Part shown: piece after piece, positions 9,581 to 18,043 of the stretch
Numbering within the stretch: position 1 is the stretch's first letter
How the letters are laid out: each line of letters begins with the position of its first letter
Virus record (IMG/VR): IMGVR_UViG_3300025195_000023
Span: 1 to 64,000 of that record
DNA length: 64,000 bases
Direction: 5' to 3' (one strand)
Origin: a virus
Made by a program: the position numbers and the translations under genes
The notes under the pieces: generated by a model
What the model saw: only the letters and a program-made list of their open reading frames with translations
Databases searched by the model: none
Told to the model about the DNA's origin: nothing

Positions 9581-12500
9581 CTTTTTACCCCTAATACGGT
9601 TGCAAAAACATTTCTGCAGGCGGCACCACCGGCACTTCCCCTATATTGCACTTTTATACTAACCCCTGTATTTGGAAATGACAGTTTGGTAGACGCACCG
9701 GCAGTAATGTATCCTGTGCCTAGTCTGGATCCACTTCCGCGAACAACACCGGCGACTACAAGTCGTAAATAACCGTTGCCATCCGCCTCACCGTTAGTTC
9801 CGCCTTGCACTTCTCCGCCCCAAGTCACTAGTGCATCAATATTGCCAGTAGTTTCGGTATAATAAGTAAAAGATATTACATCGACCCAACTAGTGGCACC
9901 TCCACGACTGCCGTCAGTTTGCGCCTGCAGCAGTGTTACGGCATTCCCCCTGATCTGCAGCGTATCGACGTAGGCATCCCCAGTGTAGATCTTGGTGCCG
10001 TCAATCCAGGTGAAGCCGGGCTTTACCCAGTAGTCCGTCAGGGCAGACGACGCCCGGGAACTGCTACCAATGCTCGCCACATAGGGATCGTCACCACCGC
10101 CACCAGACCCATACAGCTCCCATTCGTAGCCATGGTTGCCGGTATTTACTGAGTTTCCGTTCATCCACACCCGGACATAGCGGGCAAACTTGCCAATTGG
10201 TGTAATGGTTGGGAACTCATAGCCGACCTCGTAGCCGCCAGCGGCTGATCGAGACCAGACAAAACCCGTCGCATTGCCACCGTTGGTAGGGCCGGAACCA
10301 ACAACATACTCCCAGGTGTTTCCATCCGTAGACACGGCAATGGCGTACTTGTATCTGCGCCCATCCAGGGCGTAGAAAAACATCCTGTTTTCGCTGACAT
10401 ATCGCTCAGAACCAAGGTCTGCCTGCAAGTACTGCACGCCGCCGGGTATACTCCAGTAGTCTGAAGAGATTGCCCTAACGCCGTCGCTTATGTAAGCCGC
10501 GTTGGTAATAGTCGCCGAGCTAGTGGTGGTAGCCCCCGAACGGATAAAGTTCCCGGACTTGTAGTTCTGGTACTTCGGCACCCCACCAATCTGCACCGAA
10601 TCCGCTATGTAACCAGTGTCCATTTCCACATGGCCGCGAAACGTTCCGTTGTTGGCTTCAATAGTACCGTCTGCCCCCAGCTTCCAGCCAGATTGTCCCG
10701 CAACAAAATTATCAGATTCTGCCTGTCGAGCAACGAGGTTATCCACGTCGATATAGTCAGCCTTGAGCTTCCCATTGTTTACAACCACCGAGCCACTTTC
10801 ATCACGGAGCTTGGAGAACGTCAACTCGTTAATAGCTGCCTGGTCAATGAATACCTCACTTCCCTCGATGATCAGGGGCAACTTACCACCATCAATAGAG
10901 CCATCTGGCTGTAACTTACCGACCCAGAAACGGTCTACATCAAACCCAGCTTCTACGGACTGGCCTTGTGTGGCTAAACCAAACCCACCGACATATTTCG
11001 TACCGTTACTGTCTGACTGTACCTTGACCGTGTACTGGCTGTTGAGGTTACCGATATCATCCTTATAGGCCCGCATACGCTGTTCCACGTTGGCGGTCTC
11101 GTTATCCCCGTCAGTGATCTGGACACCCTTGACCACTTCAGCAATGGCATGCATATCGAGCCAGGTACCTGCTGCCGCCTCACAAGAGTCCTTTGTGGTC
11201 TTCGACCCATCCGGAGCCCCGTTAATCAAGCAGTAACCAATCTGTGCCTGTTTGAAGTCCTGTATTGCGGCAGACACCTGATTCCCGGTATACAGGTTGA
11301 TGGGTTGCCAGGTTGCCCCATCCCATTGGTAGGGCTTGTCACCATCACCCTCATCGAGCCAGAGATCCCCTACCTTCGCTTCTGTCGGGGCGGAGGGTTG
11401 TCGACTAATCCGGGTCTTGTTCTGGTCACTGGCGAGCGCCCAGGACGCACCGTTCCAGAGATACAGCGTGTTACCTGAATCCGTATCAATCCAGAGGTCA
11501 CCGACGCCTTCAGCGGTCGGTGCTGTAGCCTGGTAGTACGTCGTAATTTTACCATCAGCCGTGGCCTGTGCGTCTTCTGCAGCAGCGATCGCCATGGCAA
11601 TGGAGTTGTCCTGGATCAGTTTCCAGTTGGTGCCGTTCCAGCGGTACGCTTGATCGTTGTCCGTGTCGAACCAGAGATCCCCCAGGTCCGTGGTGTTATT
11701 CAGTCCAGTCGGGGCGGTAGCCTGGTAATAGGTCCGGATGGCGTTGTCAGCGACAGCCTGTGCCGCCTCCGCTGCACTCATTGCATCGTTAGCCGCCTGT
11801 TGAGCTGTGACCAAATCCGAAGCCAGTTGGGAGATACGCTGATCTGTACCCAGTACCCAACCGGTTGTCTCACCTTGCCAGACGTACAACTTGTTGTTGT
11901 CGTCTGTATCAAGCCACAGATCCCCGATGTTCTCCGGCAAGGCCGGGGGATTGGCCTGGAAGTACGTCCGGGTTTTTCGACCTACGCTGGCTTCCAGTGT
12001 CGTGATACTTTGAGCCATCGCACCATCCGCATTGGTTCGGGCCTTGCGTTCATCCTCGATGGCTGCAAAGGCTGCACCGATACCACCGTCCTGAGCGTTC
12101 ACCCAGTTCGTCCCATCCCATTGGTACAGGCGGTTATCCTCAGCGGTATTCACCCACAGGTCGTTTTCATTAACGATACGTACTGCCGGATCCGGGGGAA
12201 CGTCACTCCGGAAAATCTGTGAGGTGGACGCCACCAGCGTCTGTACCTGCTGACTCAAGGCCTCGTCGGCATCGGCCCGGGCTTGGGACTCAGAGGTAAT
12301 GGCCGCGGCATTGTCCGCTGAACTGGCTTCCACCGTAGTAATACGCGAAGCCAGTGCGGAATCTGCATCTGCCCGGGCTTTCTGTTCGGTCTGTACGTCT
12401 GCGGCATTATCCTGAACGGATGCACTGAGCGTGTCCAGACGCGAACTGAGTGCGGAATCTGCTGTTGTACGGGCCTGCTCTTCTGAGTTGATAGCAGCAA

Positions 12501-13464
12501 ACGCAGCCTGAATACCTGTGTCCTGGGTATCGACCCACTCCAACCCAGTCCACTGATACAGCCGGTTACCGTCACTGGTATCGAACCAGAGGTCATTCAG
12601 GTTGATCGGAGTCGTGCCCGGGGTAGGCGCCGTATCCGCCCGGAAGATTCTGACGGACGTTGCAATCACCGTATCAATCCGCTCACCCAGTGCCTCGTCA
12701 GCGGTCGCCCGTGTAGTGGACTCCGAGGTAATGGCTGCGGCATTGGTGTCTGTTTCAGCCTGTAGCGTACTGATATCGGAAGCCAGTGCATCATCTGCTG
12801 TAGCCCGTACTGTCTGTTCCTCCAGGATCAGGGCATTGTTGTCCTGTTGTTGAGCAAAGAGGAGATTCAGAGACTCCACAATGGAGGAGTCGCCCTCCGT
12901 GCGCTCGGTGACTTCCTGTCGAATCAGGGTATCCACATCGGCTACTACCTGCTCCATACCGGCCAGAGCCGAAGCGAACATATCATCCGAGTTCACCCGA
13001 TCCAGTCGCTCAGCCAGGATCTCATCCTTGTTGGTGTCGATCTCGTCAATACGATTCCGTAGGGCCGTTGCCAGCAGACCATCATTGATCTCGCCGGACA
13101 ACATCAGAATCATTTGCTCAATCGTAGGACGGGCTGTAGCGGATGCCGGGCCAAGCAATTCCCCGACGGTACCGTTAACAGACACATGCTGGACCCAGTA
13201 GTAATACTGGATCGGCGTGGCAGACTCTGTCTTGTCGTAGAAGAAATCCCCATTGACCTTCCGTAGAAGTACACGAGTCTCCGGATCAGCCGACCCACTC
13301 CGGTACAGCCTACTGTGGGCCACTGCATGTGCATTCAATTCTGGATAGGTCCAGGTGACGTCAATACCCCCGAACGCCGGGGATGCAGAGATCAGTGAGT
13401 TATTTAAGTCAGGATCCCCAGGTTTCGGGAAGTTACCCGATCCCGTTCCACAATAATCAGCCAT
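9577..13464 (-). CDS. Large tail fibre/host-specificity protein (gpJ DUF1983-like segment, six GDLW repeats, F5/8 discoidin-like domain)
   Basis: YTVKVQ..YVGGFGL..FDVDRFWV (J-like); six DLWxDT..LYxWxGxxW modules separated by coiled coils; YLQADLG..STDGNTW..ARYVRV..EWELYG discoidin pattern. Confidence 0.85.
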   Translation of the reverse strand: MADYCGTGSGNFPKPGDPDLNNSLISASPAFGGIDVTWTYPELNAHAVAHSRLYRSGSADPETRVLLRKVNGDFFYDKTESATPIQYYYWVQHVSVNGTVGELLGPASATARPTIEQMILMLSGEINDGLLATALRNRIDEIDTNKDEILAERLDRVNSDDMFASALAGMEQVVADVDTLIRQEVTERTEGDSSIVESLNLLFAQQQDNNALILEEQTVRATADDALASDISTLQAETDTNAAAITSESTTRATADEALGERIDTVIATSVRIFRADTAPTPGTTPINLNDLWFDTSDGNRLYQWTGLEWVDTQDTGIQAAFAAINSEEQARTTADSALSSRLDTLSASVQDNAADVQTEQKARADADSALASRITTVEASSADNAAAITSESQARADADEALSQQVQTLVASTSQIFRSDVPPDPAVRIVNENDLWVNTAEDNRLYQWDGTNWVNAQDGGIGAAFAAIEDERKARTNADGAMAQSITTLEASVGRKTRTYFQANPPALPENIGDLWLDTDDNNKLYVWQGETTGWVLGTDQRISQLASDLVTAQQAANDAMSAAEAAQAVADNAIRTYYQATAPTGLNNTTDLGDLWFDTDNDQAYRWNGTNWKLIQDNSIAMAIAAAEDAQATADGKITTYYQATAPTAEGVGDLWIDTDSGNTLYLWNGASWALASDQNKTRISRQPSAPTEAKVGDLWLDEGDGDKPYQWDGATWQPINLYTGNQVSAAIQDFKQAQIGYCLINGAPDGSKTTKDSCEAAAGTWLDMHAIAEVVKGVQITDGDNETANVEQRMRAYKDDIGNLNSQYTVKVQSDSNGTKYVGGFGLATQGQSVEAGFDVDRFWVGKLQPDGSIDGGKLPLIIEGSEVFIDQAAINELTFSKLRDESGSVVVNNGKLKADYIDVDNLVARQAESDNFVAGQSGWKLGADGTIEANNGTFRGHVEMDTGYIADSVQIGGVPKYQNYKSGNFIRSGATTTSSATITNAAYISDGVRAISSDYWSIPGGVQYLQADLGSERYVSENRMFFYALDGRRYKYAIAVSTDGNTWEYVVGSGPTNGGNATGFVWSRSAAGGYEVGYEFPTITPIGKFARYVRVWMNGNSVNTGNHGYEWELYGSGGGGDDPYVASIGSSSRASSALTDYWVKPGFTWIDGTKIYTGDAYVDTLQIRGNAVTLLQAQTDGSRGGATSWVDVISFTYYTETTGNIDALVTWGGEVQGGTNGEADGNGYLRLVVAGVVRGSGSRLGTGYITAGASTKLSFPNTGVSIKVQYRGSAGGAACRNVFATVLGVKR

Positions 13465-13571
13465 AAAGAAACACCCTACAAAACCGGTTTGTGTTCATTG
13501 TACGGAATCACTTTATGCCTGTTCCAAAATATCCAATACCCTACGCCCACATAAATAAAGAGGAAACCAAT

Positions 13572-14300
13572 ATGAAAGCCACCTATCTCGACCACATGGG
13601 CTCAGATTTAACCGTGGTGAATGCGGCTCGATGTAGTTTCGGTGCTGAATCCAACGAGCTAACTGAAAAGGACAGAGGTCTTATTCAGTTCCTGGCCCGT
13701 GGTTGTATGACCAAAGATTGGCAAGAAGCAGTCGATAATCTTCAATGCACAACTGATACCCAAGAAATAAACGGTTACTTGAAGTGGGCTAAGAACATGC
13801 CGACTCACTGGACACCGTTCTCCCATGCCATGATCTCCATGCGAGAAACCGTGCCGATCTTTGTAGCCCGTCAGAGATTCAAACATATGGTTGGCTTCAC
13901 TTATAACGAAGTGTCTCGCCGCTATGTGGACGATACACCGGAGTTCTATGTACCAGAAGTATGGCGTGCTCGTCCTGAAGGTGGGATCAAGCAAGGTAGT
14001 GGCGGTGAGCATGAGTACAGCGAAAACATCAAGGACGGTTATGGTGAGATTGTCCGTCAACTCAGTAGTTATTATTCAGAGATGATCGAGAATGGTGTGG
14101 CCCCGGAACAAGCCCGAATGGTATTGCCTCAATCCATGCTGACTACCTACTGGGTGACTGGTTCGTTATACGCATGGGCCAACGCCTACATCCAGCGTAG
14201 TGATAGTCACGCCCAGAAAGAAATCCAAGACCTTGCTGCTCAGTGGGACGATATCATCCGTCCCCTGTATCCAGTCAGCTGGTCTGCTCTCGTGGATTAA
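13572..14300 (+). CDS. thyX: FAD-dependent thymidylate synthase
   Basis: MGSDLTVVNAAR, HWTPFSH, PIFVARQRFKHMVGFTYNEVSRRY, PEQARMVLPQ and HAQKEI motifs; start moved to the ATG after GAGG. Confidence 0.95.
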   Translation: MKATYLDHMGSDLTVVNAARCSFGAESNELTEKDRGLIQFLARGCMTKDWQEAVDNLQCTTDTQEINGYLKWAKNMPTHWTPFSHAMISMRETVPIFVARQRFKHMVGFTYNEVSRRYVDDTPEFYVPEVWRARPEGGIKQGSGGEHEYSENIKDGYGEIVRQLSSYYSEMIENGVAPEQARMVLPQSMLTTYWVTGSLYAWANAYIQRSDSHAQKEIQDLAAQWDDIIRPLYPVSWSALVD

Positions 14301-14353
14301 ATATCCACACAATAATCCATGCACATGGATACGCTAAAAGGTTCCCGCAACAC

Positions 14354-14378
14354 AGGGCTGTTATTTGCAGCCCTTTTT
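14354..14378 (+). terminator. Rho-independent terminator-like hairpin after thyX
   Basis: AGGGCTG-ttatttg-CAGCCCT followed by TTTT. Confidence 0.5.
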
Positions 14379-14395
14379 AATTCACTGGAGTAATT

Positions 14396-16636
14396 ATGAA
14401 ATCACCCCGATCTGACAATAACCTTTTGGCCGCCAAAGCCATGATGGCTGAATCCAAGTTCTTTATGGGTTATGCCCGTTATCTTGACGAGCAGGACCGT
14501 TACGAGACTTGGGAAGAAGCCGTTGCCCGGGTAATGGATATGCACCGGGAAAAGTACAAGGAGGTTATGTCGGATGAGCTGGAACAGCTGATCCAGTTTG
14601 CCCAGGATGCCTATACCAACTCCAAGGTATTGGGTGCCCAGCGGGCCCTGCAGTTTGGTGGTCCACAAATCTTCCAGCATGAGGGACGACTGTACAACTG
14701 CAGTGCCTCTCACCTGGATCGACCCGAGTTCTTCCAGGAAGCCATGTACCTGTTGCTGTGTGGCTGCGGTGTGGGCTTCTCGGTACAGACCCACCACATT
14801 GCACAGTTCCCGGACATTGCCCCGCGACGAGACGACCTGTCCAAGGTCTTCATCATCCCGGACAGCATTGAGGGCTGGGCCGATGCGTTTGGTGTACTGG
14901 TTTCCAGCTTCATTCCCGAAGGCCAGCATGCGCCGTTCCCGGAGTACCAGGGCTGTCATGTGTCGTTTGACTTTTCAGAGATCCGACCCAAAGGGGCCTT
15001 CATCTCCGGCGGCTTCAAGGCTCCCGGGCCTGACGGTCTGCGAGCGTCCCTGAACAAGTGTGAAGACTTGATGAACCGTGCGGTACGTCAGGGCAATCGA
15101 CTGAAATCCATCGACGCCTATGACTTTGTCATGCACATGGCCGATGCCGTTCTCAGTGGCGGTGTCCGACGGTCAGCTACCATCTGCCTGTTCTCCAAGG
15201 ACGACAAGGAGATGATGAACGCTAAGACCGGTGACTGGTTCAAGGCCAACCCTCAGCGTGGTCGATCCAACAACTCCGTTGTACTGGTTCGCGGTGAGGT
15301 CACCTACGAGGAATGGCAATCCATCAAGGAATCGGTACGAGAGTTTGGTGAGCCAGGCTTCATCTGGACGGACTCCACAGAGTTTGCCTACAACCCCTGC
15401 GTTGAGATTGGCATGCTGCCCAAGACGGAAGACGGTCGCTCTGGATTCCAGATGTGTAACCTGTCCGAGATCAATGGCGGTGCCTGTACTACGGCCGACG
15501 AGTTCTTCGCTGCCTGCCGTGCCGCAGCCATCCTGGGTACCCTGCAAGCCGGATACACCAACTTCACCTACCTGACCGACGCCACCCGGGAAATCGTTGA
15601 GCGTGAGGCGCTGATCGGTGTCTCGGTCACAGGCTGGATGAACAACCCAGACGTACTGTTTAACACTGAAAACATGAAGAACGGTGCCTACATCGTTCGT
15701 AATGTAAACAAGGAAGTGGCCCACCTGATCGGGATCAACCCTGCAGCCCGGACCACCTGTGTGAAGCCCTCAGGTAACGCCTCAGTCCTGCTGGGCACAG
15801 CCTCGGGCATTCATGGAGAACACTCCCCTCGGTACTTCCGAAACGTCCAGATGAACGACCTGGACGGGGCCCTGGCACTGATCCAGGAACGGAATCCGGA
15901 CATGGTGGAAACCAGTGTCTGGAATCCTAACGGTACCGACAAGATCGTGAGTTTCCCGGTGATCTCCGACGAGGGCTCGATCTACAAGGACGACCTGCTA
16001 GGCGTCAAGCAGCTGGAGTACGTCAAACTGGCTCAACAGTACTGGGTAGAGTGTGGGACCAACCTGGACCTGTGTACTGATCCCCGTAACCGTCATAACG
16101 TCTCCAACACCATCACAGTGGATGATCTGGACGAAGTGTTCGACTACATCTGGGACAACCGGGAATGGTTTGCCGGTATCAGCCTACTGTCTGCCTTTGG
16201 CGACAAGGCCCTGCCGCAGTCACCGTTTACCCAGGTACGTACCGCAGAAGAGATACAGGCACTCTATGGCCCAGCTGCCATGTTCGCGTCCGGCCTCATC
16301 GTTGATGGCCTTCACGCCTTCTCCAGTGATCTCTGGAAGGCCTGTGACTCTGCCATGGAGTTGGGTGCATCTCTGAGCCCCCATGGCTCCCACGACCTGC
16401 TGAAGCGGGACTGGGTACGTCGTGCGGTTCAGTTCGCAGACAACTACTTCGGGGGTGACATGCGGAAGATGACGGACTGCCTGAAAGATTGTCACTTGTT
16501 GCACAAGTGGGAAACCATTGCCCGAACCATTGAACCGATCAACTTCACCGAAGCGATGGGTAAGCAGGAGTACACGGACGTCAGTACGATGGGTGCCCAG
16601 GCCTGTTCAGGTGGTGCCTGTGAGATAGCTTTCTGA
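14396..16636 (+). CDS. nrdJ: Class II (adenosylcobalamin) ribonucleotide reductase, monomeric RTPR type
   Basis: YNCS, GCGVGFSV, GGVRRSA, NPCVEI active site, CNLSEIN, CVKPSGNAS and C-terminal CSGGACEI; no beta-subunit gene adjacent. Confidence 0.9.
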   Translation: MKSPRSDNNLLAAKAMMAESKFFMGYARYLDEQDRYETWEEAVARVMDMHREKYKEVMSDELEQLIQFAQDAYTNSKVLGAQRALQFGGPQIFQHEGRLYNCSASHLDRPEFFQEAMYLLLCGCGVGFSVQTHHIAQFPDIAPRRDDLSKVFIIPDSIEGWADAFGVLVSSFIPEGQHAPFPEYQGCHVSFDFSEIRPKGAFISGGFKAPGPDGLRASLNKCEDLMNRAVRQGNRLKSIDAYDFVMHMADAVLSGGVRRSATICLFSKDDKEMMNAKTGDWFKANPQRGRSNNSVVLVRGEVTYEEWQSIKESVREFGEPGFIWTDSTEFAYNPCVEIGMLPKTEDGRSGFQMCNLSEINGGACTTADEFFAACRAAAILGTLQAGYTNFTYLTDATREIVEREALIGVSVTGWMNNPDVLFNTENMKNGAYIVRNVNKEVAHLIGINPAARTTCVKPSGNASVLLGTASGIHGEHSPRYFRNVQMNDLDGALALIQERNPDMVETSVWNPNGTDKIVSFPVISDEGSIYKDDLLGVKQLEYVKLAQQYWVECGTNLDLCTDPRNRHNVSNTITVDDLDEVFDYIWDNREWFAGISLLSAFGDKALPQSPFTQVRTAEEIQALYGPAAMFASGLIVDGLHAFSSDLWKACDSAMELGASLSPHGSHDLLKRDWVRRAVQFADNYFGGDMRKMTDCLKDCHLLHKWETIARTIEPINFTEAMGKQEYTDVSTMGAQACSGGACEIAF

Positions 16637-16643
16637 GGTGACT

Positions 16644-16844
16644 ATGTCAGATAGGATGGACGCACTTAACCGCACCAAACCCTCTGACGCTTACGGGTGC
16701 CCCTCTTGTGGGGCACCTGTTAAGTGTTCAATCGAGCAGGGTAAGAGTGCAAGTAGTTGCTGGTGCATGACGCTTCCACCACAAGGCAGCCCTGAAGAGG
16801 GCGGTCGTTGTGTGTGCAAAAGCTGCTTGCTGGGTAACCCGTAA
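16644..16844 (+). CDS. Cys-rich CWC family small protein
   Basis: CPSCG..C..CWCM..CVCKSC; GAGGTG RBS before the ATG at 16644. Confidence 0.75.
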   Translation: MSDRMDALNRTKPSDAYGCPSCGAPVKCSIEQGKSASSCWCMTLPPQGSPEEGGRCVCKSCLLGNP

Positions 16845-16904
16845 GCGGGTGCCAAGGGACGCAGCGTAGCGTAGTCCCGCCAGGCACGTAGCGAACGGGT
16901 TACC
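16833..16904 (+). repeat. Long imperfect hairpin with AGCGTAGCG loop (plus strand)
   Basis: GGTAACCCGT/ACGGGTTACC, GTGCC/GGCAC and GGGAC/GTCCC stems; AGCG faces AGCG in an internal loop. Confidence 0.85.
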
Positions 16905-16945
16905 TTCTGAAATCCCCTATTAACTCTTCGTAATAATCTACTTAG

Positions 16946-17030
16946 ACTCGCCGCCCTTACGCCTTCCGTGCTTCGTCGGCCGTACTCGCTACGCTCCGTG
17001 CGGCTCCTTGCACACGGCGACGGGCTGAGT
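16946..17030 (-). repeat. Long imperfect hairpin with GAGCGTAGCGA loop (minus strand)
   Basis: Minus-strand ACTC/GAGT, GCCC/GGGC, CCGTG/CACGG and GCCGCAC/GTACGGC stems; the loop reads CGCTACGCT at 16987-16995 on plus. Confidence 0.75.
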
Positions 17031-17166
17031 TTTGAGCAGGGGTTCTCCGAACCCTTGGTGAATCTGCCAGGAAGTGTCTGGGAGATTCAGGGAGGGCTCA
17101 CCGTTGCCGTCAGGTAACGGGGAGTTCTCCCCTTATATATTAAGTCGTTTTACGAAATCCGCCTAA

Positions 17167-17568
17167 GTGACTGTTTTGAAAAGCATTATTCGCAGTATCG
17201 ACGAGATGCCTCATCTCAAGGCACGACTGGGTAAGGCCCGGGTAGACCGTATACGGTACGCCCATCAGGCCGATGCCAGTAAGTTGCCACGATCCACCAA
17301 TGTTCCCAACACCGTTATGGATGACGTTCAGGGCCTGGTACCACACAGACCTGGATGCCCAATTGCAGACATACTGAGTGGTGCCGCCCATCTGGACCCA
17401 AACCAGAGGGTGCCACTGAGCGTGGACCGATTGTACAACATGCTTCAGTGCATGCCGATGATCAACACACGCGAAGTCAAGAAGATGATGGATGTGGATG
17501 ACCGTCAGGCCCAGCGATATGTTCGGGCCATGAAATTTGCTCTCCCCCATATCTCCTCTCTGGTTTAA
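17167..17568 (+). CDS. Hypothetical protein with C-terminal HTH-like motif
   Basis: INTREVKKMMDVDDRQAQRYVRAM resembles an HTH; start codon uncertain. Confidence 0.65.
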   Translation: MTVLKSIIRSIDEMPHLKARLGKARVDRIRYAHQADASKLPRSTNVPNTVMDDVQGLVPHRPGCPIADILSGAAHLDPNQRVPLSVDRLYNMLQCMPMINTREVKKMMDVDDRQAQRYVRAMKFALPHISSLV

Positions 17569-17635
17569 CGACGATACGGCAAAACCTATTGATTTAGGCT
17601 TTGCCATAAACCCTGTCAATAAACCAAGGCCATCC

Positions 17636-18028
17636 ATGAAGCAATGTAAGAAAATCGGCTGCACCGTCGAATTTCAATTTTCCGACCCCAACGATTACTG
17701 CCCCAAGTGCCGGGGCGTGGCTGCCAGTAACGACGAGTTCCTTCGTCAGGAGCTGGAGCCAGAAACCCAGACCTCCTCCGGAGGCGACAATGGGTATTGG
17801 CTATTGCACATTCCCCACCCCAAGCGACTGGATCCCTACACCGTGGAGTGTGAGGACATCATCGAAGCCATGAACATGACCTTCCAGGAAGGTGAAGCGT
17901 TCAAGGCGCTGTTCCGCAAGTGCAAGATCCGCATGGGCGACGGTAAGCCCGGAGACACCGAGCTACGTTGTTCAGAGAAGGTTGCACACTTCGGGGCACG
18001 AATGGTGGCCATGGAATCCCGCAAGTAA
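17636..18028 (+). CDS. Zn-ribbon plus DUF3310-like protein
   Basis: CKKIGC..YCPKC at the N-terminus; VECEDIIEAMNMTFQEGEAFKALFR resembles DUF3310; start moved to 17636. Confidence 0.6.
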   Translation: MKQCKKIGCTVEFQFSDPNDYCPKCRGVAASNDEFLRQELEPETQTSSGGDNGYWLLHIPHPKRLDPYTVECEDIIEAMNMTFQEGEAFKALFRKCKIRMGDGKPGDTELRCSEKVAHFGARMVAMESRK

Positions 18029-18043
18029 CCCAAGGAATCCGTT

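Noticed and set aside
525-13464. Invertible tail-fibre switching (shufflon)
   Set aside because: All tail genes are co-oriented; no recombinase or flanking inverted sites seen.
14396-16636. Inteins, introns or stop-codon recoding in nrdJ, terL, primase or RNAP genes
   Set aside because: The genes are uninterrupted and of expected length under the standard code; no splicing or homing-endonuclease motifs noticed.
16845-17166. Possible tRNA genes in the structured intergenic region
   Set aside because: No cloverleaf or TTCGA T-loop pattern found by eye; a tRNAscan-SE run would confirm.
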